Below, piece after piece: positions 36,101-48,842 of a stretch of DNA of 64,000 nucleotides. The stretch spans positions 496,001 through 560,000 of the forward strand of contig OZ237763.1 in assembly GCA_965178125.1 (NCBI GenBank), read 5' to 3'. This DNA is from Bilabrum cf. latius. Lineage: Eukaryota. The notes under the pieces are model-generated. The model searched no databases, was not told the origin of the DNA, and saw only the letters and a program-made list of their open reading frames with translations. Every line of letters begins with the position of its first letter. The stretch's first letter is position 1. The position numbers were made by a program, and so were the translations under genes.

Positions 36101-39100
36101 CTCCAGCTGACTTGGGCAAAGGCAGGCGATGCTGCCCAGCCGGAGTATCCCGGAGCCTCGCGCGATCCAGAGCTACTGGTCGCAGATCTGATTTCGATCT
36201 TGCACCGCACTGATCTTAGCGAGGGAGCTCTGGCAGGACTCGTTGCGGCGCACAGCGACCCCGACGTTCTGGCTGAGTGGTACATCTCTCGGGCAATTCA
36301 GATCGACGAAGAGGGCGGGTCGCTTGACGCCTCGTGTGCCATCCTCATGTACGGCTCAGAGTCGGTTCGAGCGTCTGCAGCGGCAACACGGAAAATTCAA
36401 GACGTGCTCAAGCAGGCAGCGAGGCTCTACCACGTGTGCTCGTCGATGTCGGCATTCCAGTCCGTTGGCTTGGGACAGTGGCTCAGCTCCCCGCAGGAGG
36501 GTCGGTGCTCGCTGCTGCTGCGCGGATGCACGCCCGGATCTGCACGAGCTGTCTTCAAGACTCGCCTGCTGCCGCTGCTGTCATTGTCTTCGACGCGCTA
36601 TGGAAGGCACACGCTCACGTTTTAGGGCGAATCTGTCGACCTCTCTGCCCTTGCTATCGACAGGTCCAAGGACCAGCGAGAGGAGGACTGCTTGGCCATG
36701 CAGCGCGCTGTGGCCGTCAAGCTGTGTGGCAGACTCGAAGATGAAGCCAGAGTAATTCAAGAAGATTCCATTGAGATTCATCAAAGTTCGGCAGGGCAGG
36801 CTTCCAGCGCTGCTTCCAATCCGTTCGACACCGTCAGGATCGTTCTGCAGCTAGTGGATCCGGGCCAGCCGCTAGACACCGTACCGAGCATAGATTTTGC
36901 CATGTTGTTGTGTGTAGCGGTTGCAAAGAAGCTCTTGCGCCTGTTTTACGACACGCCAGCTAATAGGTAGCACCTGCGACAGTCACTGCTGGAGTCGGCT
37001 GCAGCGGTGCTGGAGAGCGCCCCGGATGGTCTCCTGGTCGGAGCCGCAGGTGGCAGCATAGAAACCGTTCGGTTAGGTGCACTAGATAGCAGCAGCACTT
37101 TCTCCGATGCGCGCACGCTAGTCTCAATGGTCTCAGAGATTCGGACGCTCCAGTCGTCCCCTAGGTCTAAGCTTCGCGCGATCAGGGCAAGTATGCAGCA
37201 ACAGCTATCCACGCTGCGAACCAGGGAAAGGTATGGCCTCCGGTCTGACGGAATTGATGAGAGCATAGATCGCGTTGCGGAGACAGCCGTCGTGAAGCTA
37301 GATGTAGAGAGGTGCCGAGCTCCTGTTGGTCTGCACCGGGCAGCTGCGTCTTTGCTGGACGCACTGTTGCAACTTGTTCCCAGCTGCTCTTAGGTTCGCT
37401 CGGATGATGCTAGGGGGCTGTATTTCATTGTGGAGACAGTATGCGGAGAGTTGGAATCGGGATCAGATCAGAAAACGGTAGAGACAAGCGTAAGGGACGC
37501 AGCATTACTTGTAGACGCCCGATGCAACCCGTCCAGCAGTGCAGGCAGTGGCGTTGTGGATCTGACTTTGTGCAAGCAATGGGTCCTGTTTCAAAGCATG
37601 GCGATTCACTGCAGCTAGGGACGCTTTTCAGTTGCTTCAAAGCTTGCAAATGCTTGCGATACAGACGTGGAGCGGACATGCGCAGCCGCTGGTGCATGCG
37701 CGGCAGCAGCCAACCTACTGGTCGCGAGGGAGGGAGCGTGCGAGGCGGCTAGGCTGCATCCCGGGCTGCAATCTCACTGCGAGCCGGCGTGCTTGCGCGG
37801 GGCTTTGCGGTCCATCCAGTCCGCAGAACTTGCATCGTCAGCTCTGTCGAGTATCACTGGGGGCGAGAGCCACGGCTAGATGGCATAGAGTATTTTGGCG
37901 ATGGGCCGTGTGGCTGTTGTTCTTCAGATTCTCGGGCTGTCAATGAAACCCCTGCGCTCGATTCGGACAGGTGTGGTGGGCCTCAACCAAGTTACGGCAG
38001 AGATGGCGTAGGAATTTGCGAGCCGAGGTGCGTGTCCCGGCTGGTCCCGGCTGGAGTGGCTGCCCGGGGGTTATTCCAGGATAGAGGAGGCCGCGTCGAT
38101 GAATCTCGCGTCAGTGGCAATAGCCCATACCTAGATTGGACGACGTCAGTGTGCCGACTCCAGCAGTGACGGCGCTACCGCACTCACAGCAGCTATCGAT
38201 CAAGCCGAGCATTCCTTGTCCATGCTGCACGGTGAACTGTCGAATCCACACGCAGCCTACTTGCGGGCAGGTAGCAGCGACAACAACGAGGAGGGGGGCG
38301 GGATCGCTGCCATTTCCAGCGTTGCAACTACGATTGGGTCTGCCGTGAGCCAACGCATTGCAGGGGTGGCGGCAGCAGTATCACAGCGGCTATCGAATCC
38401 GGAGCAAGCCCCCGAGAACGACAACGAGGATGGTGCAGCAAGCACATAGGGTGGCACGAATGGATAGTAGCACAGCGGGTACGTGCCGGGCCAGGGCCTT
38501 ACTAGCTTGGTGGGCGATCTGCTTGGAAGTGTGACGATCGGTGGGAGAACCATCAGTAGTGCAATGCACCTGGATCGGTTTGGCTCCGCTGTGGCCGGCA
38601 TGGGCAGCATGGCGCTGCAAGCTGCTACCACAGCACTGGCGAGCGATGGCAGTGCAGCCGCCGAAGAGGGGCTGGACCAGAGGTCAGCAGGGGTGATTCT
38701 GATCGAAAAAATATACGAGCAAGGCCTGGATACCGAACCGAATCCCTTTGATGTGAGTTTGGCTGAAGATCCCGTGGAAATGCCTGACAAGGATGCGGTG
38801 CAACAATGTTTGGCCCCGTTCAGGGAAGTTGCTCGACTGCTGCAGATCGCACAACGACGGGTCGCTTCGACTGCACTTGAACCCCATCGGGCAGACCACT
38901 GGGAAGCCTTTGCGTGTAGTAAGGCTTGCAAGATACTGTAGCTGCAATCTCCCGCCCCAGGCAGCGGGATGCCGCCCGTGGATGTTATTTTATCCATGCG
39001 GCCGAATAGGCACACGATCGAGGACCAGCCCATGGACCCGTCGTTTGAGACATACCAAAACAGCTGGATCGCGGCAACTGGCAGAATCGATCCTGATGCT

Positions 39101-42100
39101 CGGCCGCAAGAAGTGCTATTGCATGTGCAGGCTCTCCTTGCCCCGTGTGCAGCGGGAGGGGCATCCCTCGCGGGCGGATTCGACGCGCACGCGTCCTATG
39201 TGACTCGACGCGACGCTCTCTCCGCATTTCGGTCGATGAACCGGCATGCCGAACTTGCCGAGTAGGAAGACGCGAGGCACGGTATCGCACTGGCCCTGTC
39301 ACTGTCAGATCATGCAGCCGCTGGCGCTTGCTTCGCAACCATAGCCGAGCCTTTCCGCTGGCTTCGTTTGGCAGCCGCTGCAGTGCTCGACCTCGTCCTT
39401 CGTTGCGATGTAGCGATCCTGTAGTCATCTAGTCCCAAGAAGCTGGAAGTTGCGGCAAAGTCGTACGTGCAGCCCGCAGCGGCTTCAGGTGCAGAGGTTA
39501 GCGAATTGGCTGCGGTGCATGCTGAAGCCAGCGAGGCGATTGTGGCGTTGGCTGCATTGAGGCTCGCTGCTGGGGACATAGCCTCACGGTTTGGCTGCTT
39601 TGCCGTTGGATTGCTTGGAAGCAAGACCGTGTCTCAGTCTGGGGCCCGTGTCCCGCCAAGGGTAGTACCTGGCAGCGTTCAAGTAGCTGAAGGTCGGGCA
39701 AGACTGCTAGGGCCTGGCTTGGACGCTCCTGACTTTGATGGAGGGTGGATCGAAGGTGCACAGTCTGCCATCCGTTGCATGACTGGAGATTCAGTTCTGG
39801 TACTTTGTCAGGGAGTTGAAGATGACTTGCTCCGCGTTCGTGGCGGCATGGATAGCTAGCCTGGGCCTTTGGAGCACGCACGTGTAGCCGCGGACGATAC
39901 TTAGGCCCATCGGTAGGACGAACTTGACATGGAGACACTTGGCGAGGACGATCTGAGACAGGTCATTGCAGCGGCAGGATCGACGAGCATGCCCGTGCCG
40001 AGTCTTCTCAGTGCACTGACGTACGCAAGGATGACTGCGCCTGGAAGCACTTAGTCTCAATTTCATCTAGTAATTAGTTCGCTGTTAGCCGGAATAAGGA
40101 GAAACGATGACCAGCCGCTGCCCCATGCGCCATCTCCGGCACCAGGACCGGTGCCTAGCATATCACCAAAGACTAGCGAGTCTGTGGCTGGAACAGCCCA
40201 GCGACAAGCCATCGAGAGGGTCGGGTGTCGCGCTGCCTTGGTTGCGTGCGGGCTGCTGCTTGAGGAGGCGGAGGGTTCGGATCGCCCAGGACTGCCATTG
40301 GTAGGTCGCGGAGCTGGGCAGGTTGGAGATGCGGAGAAACTGGCAATGCAAGCGGCCTCGCTCGCGTTGTAGCACGGTTCGGAGTAGCTCAGGATAATCC
40401 TACTCCGGTCATTTCAATGTGCATGCTGCTTTGTGCACGGGACTGTCCGCTCCGCATCGATTGCAAGAAGTGCACTCTCGGTCTTGCTCCATGTCTTGCC
40501 TCCAGAGGTGCGCTCAGACTGCGCCAGTCGACTTGGTGAGCAGCTACCGCCGCACTCACCTGATAGCATGGAGGAGAGCCGCCTTGTGCACGCACTTAGG
40601 GAGGCTGTGGCTGGCTTAGGCGAGGACAACCTGCGCAGCTTACTGTCAAGTGTTTCTCTCACTGGGCTAGTTGCGTGCCCGGCACGCACTGGATGTGCGA
40701 TTTCGGGGTCATGTTCTAAACTTATTCCGATCTGCACGCCTGCTTTGATTGGTGTGTAGGGGTGGTGCGACGATCTTCACAAGATGACCCGTGGTGCTGC
40801 TGCAGGCTCAACAGCAGTTAAGCCAGCTGTGAGTGGGAGGCAAAGCGTTCTTGAGATTGTTGGCGTCCGGGCAGTGATCCGTATCATGGGCAAAACGGCT
40901 GAGCCAGCGGCCCTCCGCCCTTGGCTACATGGCGGACACGAAGAGCCGGAGGCAGAAGAGGCAACGAATCCTGGTTTTGGCGTAATGAGCGCCGGGGACC
41001 TGCCTGCTTTAGGGCGCAGCATGCTCATGAATGCACTTCAATGCGCCGCGCTGCCTGCAGTTGGGGCCCTGGCCAAATCACTGGCCAGACTGAGCCTCAG
41101 CCTATCTAAAGCCGTCGACGACGGTCACCAAGAGGAGGCTCGCAAAGAGCACGGTCGATCGGCGCAGCGCGCGCTGCTAGAGTGCTGGGCCACTGCCAGT
41201 TGTAGCATGTGGTCTCGAGGGCAACATGAGGTTGCTGCGCCGCTAGATTGCGCCGGCTCTGTGGCGGCCACGGCTGGCAAATTGATCGCTGCTCGACGGA
41301 TGCCGATGGATGCGCTGCCCCGACTCGCATGGCTCTGCGGCTTACTTCCTCCCTGCAGTGCAATTTTGAAGAAGATTGGGATGCCACAGGCCTGCGAGGC
41401 GACCGTTTCCAGCGCCTGGATCGAGCCGATATCGGTCGTGCAGGCTGCAACACTTGAGGCAAGGCCTTCAGTTGACTGGTCTCGCGCGTCCAAATCGCTC
41501 ATGAACGCGATTCGCACCGCCGCATGCTCCGTGATCGGCCGTGATCCCTCGGACGAAGCAGCATCCAAGCACCCGAGGCTGCTCGCGGCGTACATTGCGT
41601 CGACCGCCCAGCTTCGTGCCATTGCCGCGCTGGATGGCTGCATGCAAGGTGGCAGGGCAGATTTAGCGCATATCATTCCTGCCATCGCGGCAATTTCCAG
41701 CAGATTGCGCGCTTCAGTGCCCGGCCATGACGCCAGTGGAGATATTGGGGTACAAACCGCGGCCACAGGCAGTGGTACACTAGTTGTACCGGACCTGTTT
41801 GGCGGGGTTGGGGTTGCCCAAGCCGCTGTGCTGCTCGGTCTTTCCGATGAGGATGCCAGCGCTCTGGTCGAGGCCTTCAGTGGGCCTGAAGGTACGAGCT
41901 AGCTGCAAGAAGCAAAGCTTCGCCTCGCTACTGCCTCGCTATCTGCGTGCATTCTAGGCGCATCGAAAGAGCTAGATACACCAAACGCGGGTGGCCGCCT
42001 CGACGGTGCCGGCCAAGGAAGCGAGTCATTGCACGACACATTGAATTTGCTTGAGCTGCTGTGCTCCGAGCAAATCACATCTGCTTCAGCAATTGCTTCC

Positions 42101-44566
42101 ATTCCTACTGTTTGCCGTGAGGTCGGGAACTGGGTACGTAGCCTTGGCAGTGGGTGCGAGGCTCCCGTCGATTCTGGCGCGGCTGACTGCGTAAAGGATG
42201 TAGGACCAACAGGGCATATCCTAGATCTGGCACACAAGCTGCTCAGTATCATTGCTGGTGCCAGTGGGGACAATGCCAAGGCAGCCAGGCGTGCGCTCGT
42301 GTCTCTGATTGAAACCGTGCAGCCGGAATCCGCTAAACCTGGTGGTGGTGACAGCGCGCCAGGCAGCAGTGCCCTTGCCGATGCCAAGAGACGAGATCGA
42401 GTGGATGAGTTGCTCAGTTTGGTAGGTCTACGAGGCTCAAGCAACATCGTCTCGTGGCTCTCAACCGGCGCACTGCCGCCCATTGAGCACGCAGATCGCG
42501 ACGGACTCAGCGCTGGCGCAGCCGGGCAGGCAGACCAAGCCGGGCCGAGTGCCGGAGGTAGCCTTGTCGATGGGCACGAGGCAAGCTTGGAGCTTGAGCG
42601 CGCGCTCAATACGGTAAACAGTGAAACTGCCGATGCGGCTGAAGCCACCGACGCGACTTGGAAACGGCTTGCTGCTCGATGCGCACTAATCGCTTGGCTG
42701 CTGACGGGCTAGTCAACATCGGACACTACTGTAGCATTGGACAGCCTGCGCTGCATAGCCAGTGCGTCCGCAGGAGACGCATCGGGTGCCGAGTAGCTTG
42801 CTATTGGCGCTGTTGCCCCGATGCATGGCTGCCTGCTCGCGATGAGCACACGGCTGGGCAGCTCCCAAAGTCTCGGTGCTCGACGACTCAAGGTGGACGT
42901 GTAGGTCGTAGTGGAGCTGCAGACGACCATCCTGCGGCTCCTGCTGCAAGAACTAGCGCAGATTGGGTCGAGCGACGGAGCTAAGGATGGTGGTACATAG
43001 CCAGCGGCTTCGATCGATGTAGAATTGTGTGTGTGCGCCCGTCAAGCATGCGAGGCGATCGTGCTCCTCGGTGAGCTGCAGCACGGCGAGGTGGAGCCCG
43101 ATGCGCGCGAGTAGCTGCTGCTGCTGGCAATGAATGCCCTTGCTATGGCCACCAGGGATGGGACAGAGGCTCTGCCGGCCACTGCTGCTGTCGTCGCGGG
43201 TCTTGCTCTCTGGCTAGGGATGCGGGGCGGGGCGGACGGGTCGGTACCCTCGGACCTGCGGCGGCCTATCGATGACGCCCTGTTCGACTCATCATCGGCG
43301 GCCGCAGAGATGCTCTAGAGGGACGCAGGCTCCTCTCTGGAGTCGTGTGCGCTAGCAGGTGCGGTCACGTACGCTGCCATGCTGGTTGGAGTCGGCATGC
43401 TCAGCGAAGTCAGTCCAGCATCCATGCAGTCCGTGCTCAAGTGCATCCCACTCGCAGCAGGCGGGTGGGCCTGCGGGAGCCTGGAGGGTCTCTCTGTGGG
43501 AGCCATGGGCTGCGGCTTGCTGCTGTGCGAGCTCGTCCTGTCTGGGAGCGTCGATACTGCTGCTGACGCGGCTTTCCCCGTGGACTCCAGCACTGACGGA
43601 GGCCAGAGTCCCAGTGGCTCTGACTAGGTGCCCAGCGACTCGGATTCGCTCCGCTACCACAAGATCCGAGGGATGCTTCATTGGCTACTGCAACTCCAAA
43701 GCGACAGTGCACAACCGGGGGTCGCACAGACCGCTTGGGCAGGCAGCCGCACAGTGAGTCTGCTGCAGTCGTTGGCGGGCAGCACAGGGATGCTTGCCCT
43801 TCAGAAAGTAGATGCCGTGAGGGCGCGCGTGATCGAGGCAGAGAGGGCGGCGGGGGAGAGAGCGGCCGCTGCTCAGGCCGCCTTTGCCGCGGCCAAGGAG
43901 AGCTCCTCGGGCATGATCAGCTGGCTCTCCAGCTCTGTGTAGGCCGCTGCCGAGTCTGCTTTCGGTGGGGGTGAGCACGCAGGCGATACTGGGGCTGGCT
44001 TGAAAGCCGGTGTACCTACTAGTGCTATCGGTAGTGGCACAAGCGGGGCTGAAGGATCGACTGGGGCGGGTTCAGGTCAATCCTCATCGCGTGGAGTTGA
44101 AGGCGCTGGAAGGGCTCCCAGCCAGCGCTCTGGTGCATTGCTTCGGTCTGTGGAGGGTGTGCTGTAGCCTTCGCCTGGTCTCAGATAGCCTGCTACCTCT
44201 CATTTTGCAATCGGGGGGGACGGGTTGGGAAGCGCCGAAGCTGGGACTCTTGGGGTTCGTGCACAGGCAAGCGAGACTCGGGGCGATGATGCAGACGCTG
44301 ACAATGCTGACGATGGCTGGGGAGAAGATTGGGGCGATGAGCCTGCGAATGAAGGGCTTGGTTCTACTCGTGCAAGTGGGCCCGGTGCCGCGATGGATCC
44401 GGATGCGAGTGCGAGGGAGGGGCAGCAACGAGTTGGACAGTTGGTCAACACGGGGTCTGGTTCCGCCACAGGTGACTCCACGACCAAGCCTGGGAGTGCT
44501 GCACAGACAGGGGGGTCGATTTCAGTCGATGATCCAGATCTGACTTTTGATGATGACGACTGGTGA
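33122..44566 (+). CDS. NBAS / Sec39 / MIP2-like subunit of the NRZ(Dsl1) ER tethering complex, up to ~3814 aa
   Basis: About 20 ORF fragments in one frame joined only by TAG (about 40 by hand, including TAGTAG near 33965 and 38465). Sec39-like segments FLKSQPKALAPFLMAVLQCIPAGVPVSGFAHLLP and LAEWYISRAIQIDEEGGSLDASCAILMYG; acidic Trp tail DDGWGEDWGDE...FDDDDW; ends TGA. An in-frame intron near the 5' end cannot be excluded. Confidence 0.78.
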
Positions 44567-44625
44567 GTTGGGTGCAGTTTGCTCTGCGTCGAATCTTTAC
44601 TTTATAGACGCTTCTCATCTTCAAC

Positions 44626-47100
44626 ATGGAGTTTGAATGTGTAGCAACCCAGCAGAAAGTCAAGGTGGATCATACCGACTCCACACGGTCGGCTGCAATG
44701 CAGCAGGCACAGGAACTCTGTTTCGCACAAGGTGCAAAGATTCGTCTTTCCTTTAATCCTCGGTAGGTTTCGGACCACATCCTCGACTATCTGAGCGGCT
44801 GGCTCAGCTCTTGTGGATGTGTAGAGTATCTTTATATATCTGGATATTATCCGGGTGAATAGGATAGCTCCAGTGCTCTGTGCACCTGCCTTGCATCGTT
44901 GCAATGCTCTGCGCCCAGGCTGCTCAAAATTGATGTTGGGAACTGCAGCGTTCTCTCTGAAGATGAGAAGGCCATGGAGAGCGTGTGTGTCTTAATTAAG
45001 CGTGCTACTGCACTGAGAGAGCTGGTGTTTCCTGTTGGTGACATCGCCGTCCAACAGCAACCCGTATCGCTCGTTAGTCCCTCTGTTGAACGTTTGCAGC
45101 TAGTCGCTGGCAACCTCACGCAAATCAGGGATACGGGAACACCGGATTTACACCTAGCAAGCTGTATGGGCAAGTTTCCCCGCTTGAAATATGTCGGACT
45201 CGACTACTATGGACGAGGAATGGCGGCCTTCCTTGAGCGACTTCTCAGCACCACTCGAACGATCGAGTCCCTCCGAACTGCAGGACTATCTGCCTTGGAT
45301 CAACCAGCGAACTGCCCTGTAGCACTGTGGGACGCTATTGCTACTAATTCATCGCTTGTAGAGGTGGACTGCGAAGGCGTGGTGCCAAGCAACACGGCCG
45401 GTTGCGAGGCCATGCGCAAAGCACTCGCTGCTCACCCCAACCTCAGTGCCCTCACGCTGCGGCATATCGGGAATTATTGTGAAACAGAGGGGTGCATTTA
45501 GCCTGTCAGAGACGGCCTGGAATTAAACCCCCGTGCCAAGCTCCGTGACCTGATCATCGGTCACCACTACCCGCAAAACGAGGACAAGGCCGTCGAAGGG
45601 CTCGCCGGCCATCTGCCTTCGATCCGGTCGCTTAAGCTTCAGCTCCCGCGTCTCCAAAGCATGTAGGCCCTTGCACGTGGACTGCATAGCATCACTTCCC
45701 GGCTCGAGTGTATTGAAGCGTACGGGGCGCAGGATCTACCAGCCGATGCCGCTAGCCATGAACAGCTTGCCGAAGGTCTTGAGGCCTGTCCCACTCTGAA
45801 GCGGGTCAAGCTGACAATGGAGTACCATGCAGAAGATGCCAAGCTTGCTGCATACACAGCAGCCATGCGTTCGAGTACGATCGAGCACATCGATTTGAGG
45901 GGCTACGATTACTTCTCTCTGGCCGACAAGATATTGGCCTTCGGCCAAGCGGCTGCCAACGACACCGTGACGTACCTCGACCTGGAGTATTTTGCGGATC
46001 ACCATGCGCCACTTTATCGCCTACTAACCCAGAATGTGTCCTTAAATCACATTCAACGCTGCTGTGCGGGTCTGTCGCCCGAAGAAGGGCAAGGGCAAAG
46101 AGGCAGGTTTCTGCAAGCTTTGGGAATGAACCGCGGACTCTGCTCTATCAGTGTCTAGCTACTGGGGTATCAGGATGGGGCTGGCCCCGTGTGCGAAATG
46201 CTAAAATCCAACATAACGCTCCAGAATGTCGGTATTAGTGGCTTTACTCTGAAGGAGGAGGAGGTGGGCTAGCTGATGGCGTGTATTAGAGCACACTGCC
46301 CTGGCCTGAAGCAGCTGCACATCCCAGACATGGTCTCGGATACCGAGACTCCGATGCTAGCGCAGGCCGCTGTTTAGTCCGACCGTTCCGACGTGGTGCA
46401 CGATTGGATAAAGGTCGACCCTCTAGCAGAGCGGGCTGCGTGCGTTCTGCGCCTGCTTGCCAATCCTGAGCTGTGCCGAAGTCTGGACCAGCCCATGGCC
46501 ATACAATATTGCGCAAGAGCTTTCGGGCTCGCGGTGGAAGCCGACAATCCCGCCGATGTGATTCTGGTCAGCCAGGCCCTGCTAGACCTGGCAGGGGTGA
46601 GCAGGATCCAAGACAATGGAGTGGCCATGCCGGTTGGGGTCGATGGCAAGACACCCATACTAGCGTGCGGCCCCGCGGCTGGTTCGCAGAAAGTGCTGCA
46701 GTTGATCCGGGGTTCGAACATGTACACCCACGCGGGACGTGTGGTCAAGGGCAGGTACGGGCTTCGCAGGGAAGACGCCGGCGGGAGGTGGGCAGGGGCC
46801 GCGAAGAGGTGCCAGAGATTCCTGGAGGCTTCGGTGGGGTGGCGTCGCGACCGACTGCTGCAGTGGCGCAGGGCACTGCGGGCCAAGCGGGATGCTACGA
46901 TGGTCTTCCAGGCGGCGAGGGATGGGCGGCCTCTGGAACTGGGAAAGCGACTGAGGCTGGGGAAGCTGGCAGGAGGTCTGGACATGGAGGGCGAGGTGGA
47001 GCACGATGGCGTGAGCATCCGCGTGACCGCGAGGGAAGCCGCCCTCATGAAGGGACACATGGAGTGCGCGGAGCTGATCCGGGAGGCTACTGAGCGGTAA
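44626..47100 (+). CDS. RNI-like leucine-rich-repeat protein with C-terminal ankyrin-like module, ~824 aa
   Basis: One frame, seven in-frame TAG, ends TAA. Repeats such as AIATNSSLVEVDC, ALAAHPNLSALTLRH, AAANDTVTYLDLEY, ALGMNRGLCSISV, MLKSNITLQNVGI; C-terminal MVFQAARDGRPLELGKRLRLGKLAGGLD...AALMKGHMECAELI. Confidence 0.8.
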
Positions 47101-47274
47101 GGTTATTGGTATTGCTGTGTTGTTGTCTTATGCACTTTGTAGCTGCGCTTTCTGCGTTGAACGTCAGCAACCAGCGATGGATTGCCGTAAACTACGCGCA
47201 ACCTCGGTCAACAATAATCGGAACTGTATTCCGCCGGTCGTTGCAAGCTACACGGCAGTTCTACACCTAAAGAG

Positions 47275-48557
47275 ATGCCGGCTAGCCTGTAGTATGTTGG
47301 TACGTAGCTTGATTCCTTCGTGGAAGCTGCTCTCGGCCCAGATCTGGCGCCGTGGGCAGCAATCATCGTCGCGGTTGCAGTTGGTCTGGCCGGAATCATT
47401 TGGATTGGTACCATTGTCCAGTACTCCTCCATAGAATTCTATTCCTTCTGCTGTTTTAGACCGCGTAACATGGCCAAGGTGTATGGCACGGAGGAGGAGC
47501 CTACTTGGGCTGTGGTGTCTGGCGGTTCAAGTGGAATCGGGCTTGCCGTCGTCAAACGACTAGCTACTGATGGCCTGAATGTGGTCGTTGTGGCCCTTGG
47601 AGACTCGTTGTTGGACAAATCTGTCGCTGAGCTTCGGAAGGAATTCCCCAAGGTGGAGTTCCGCGGCATTGGAGCCGATCTGTCGAAGCCCCCCGCGGAG
47701 TACATGCCCGGTATCATGGAGGGCACCGAGGACATCCTGCCCCGCGTTGTTTTCCTGAACGCTGGTAAGAAACCCCCCCCCCCCCCCCCTCCCCCGCATA
47801 TATTCTCCCGTGTCACGTTGCGTGCGTCGGTTCGTACGATGTTCACGGCGGCTGCAACTTTGCTCGCCAATTCGCAGGTTTCATGAAGACTGGTTTCTTC
47901 GATGCCACCCCGATGGGCCTGCACCTGGCCATCTCCAACTGCAACGCCACGGCGGCCATGGCCATGGCAAGCCACTTCATCGGCAGGCTGAAGAACGAGG
48001 GCTCCCGGGACGGAAACCCGCTGTCCACTGACGGCAAGCGCGGCTGCGTGGTCTTCACGAGCAGCCCCGCAGGCTTCATGCCCGCACCCTTCTCGTGCAT
48101 GTACGGAGCCACAAAGGCCTACCTGACGGAGTTTGCGACCAGCATCGCGCCCGAGTGCGCCCCGATCGGGATCGACGTGTCGGTGGTGCACCCGAGTCCG
48201 GTGGCCTCTCGGTTCTATGACCAGGTCAAGCACTCGATCGACCTCCTCGAGATGTTCAAGGCGACCGGGACAACTCCCGACACGCTTGCCAGGATCATGC
48301 TCGCCGGCGTGGGCCGCAGGGTGGTGATTGAGCAGGGGTACTACCCCGCCTCCGTGCGCTTGTTCCTCAAGGTGCTGGACCCCGTGTTCTTCGCGGAGCT
48401 GATGGCCTGCATCAGCAGCTACCTGCCCGACTACGCCAGGATGAGAGAGGCAGAGGCGAAGAAGCTGGCCGGTGAGAGCGGTGCTGGCGGTGTGACGAGC
48501 AAGGGTAGCGGCAAGGGCAAGGGGAGGGGGCGGTCGGGCAGCCGCACCTCGCAGTGA
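47275..48557 (+). CDS. Short-chain dehydrogenase/reductase, KCR / 17-beta-HSD12-like (3-oxoacyl-CoA reductase)
   Basis: N-terminal TM helix, WAVVSGGSSGIG, FLNAG split by intron 47765-47877 (GTAAGA...TCGCAG), YGATK catalytic motif; two TAG in the first 11 codons; ends TGA. Confidence 0.88.
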
Positions 48558-48842
48558 GCCCGGGCTTCCATGGGAGCTTCTGCTGACGGCCCTCTGGGAG
48601 CTCACGGGGGGACTACTAGATCTAGTAGGCTCGCTGGCTGGCTTGATGAGGGTGCGCGGAGCCCTCCGCTCACAACAATGCTAGATCGGTCGAGCTGCAG
48701 CAGCGTTAGAAAATGCTGCTGCGGCGATCCTTCGCACGTTGTGGGTGTCTGTTCGAACTCGTGGAGTTCTGATTTGTTCCGTTTTGAAATGCGCGGCGCC
48801 GCTGCGAAGTGACGCAACGGCAACTGCAGAGTATCGAGGATC

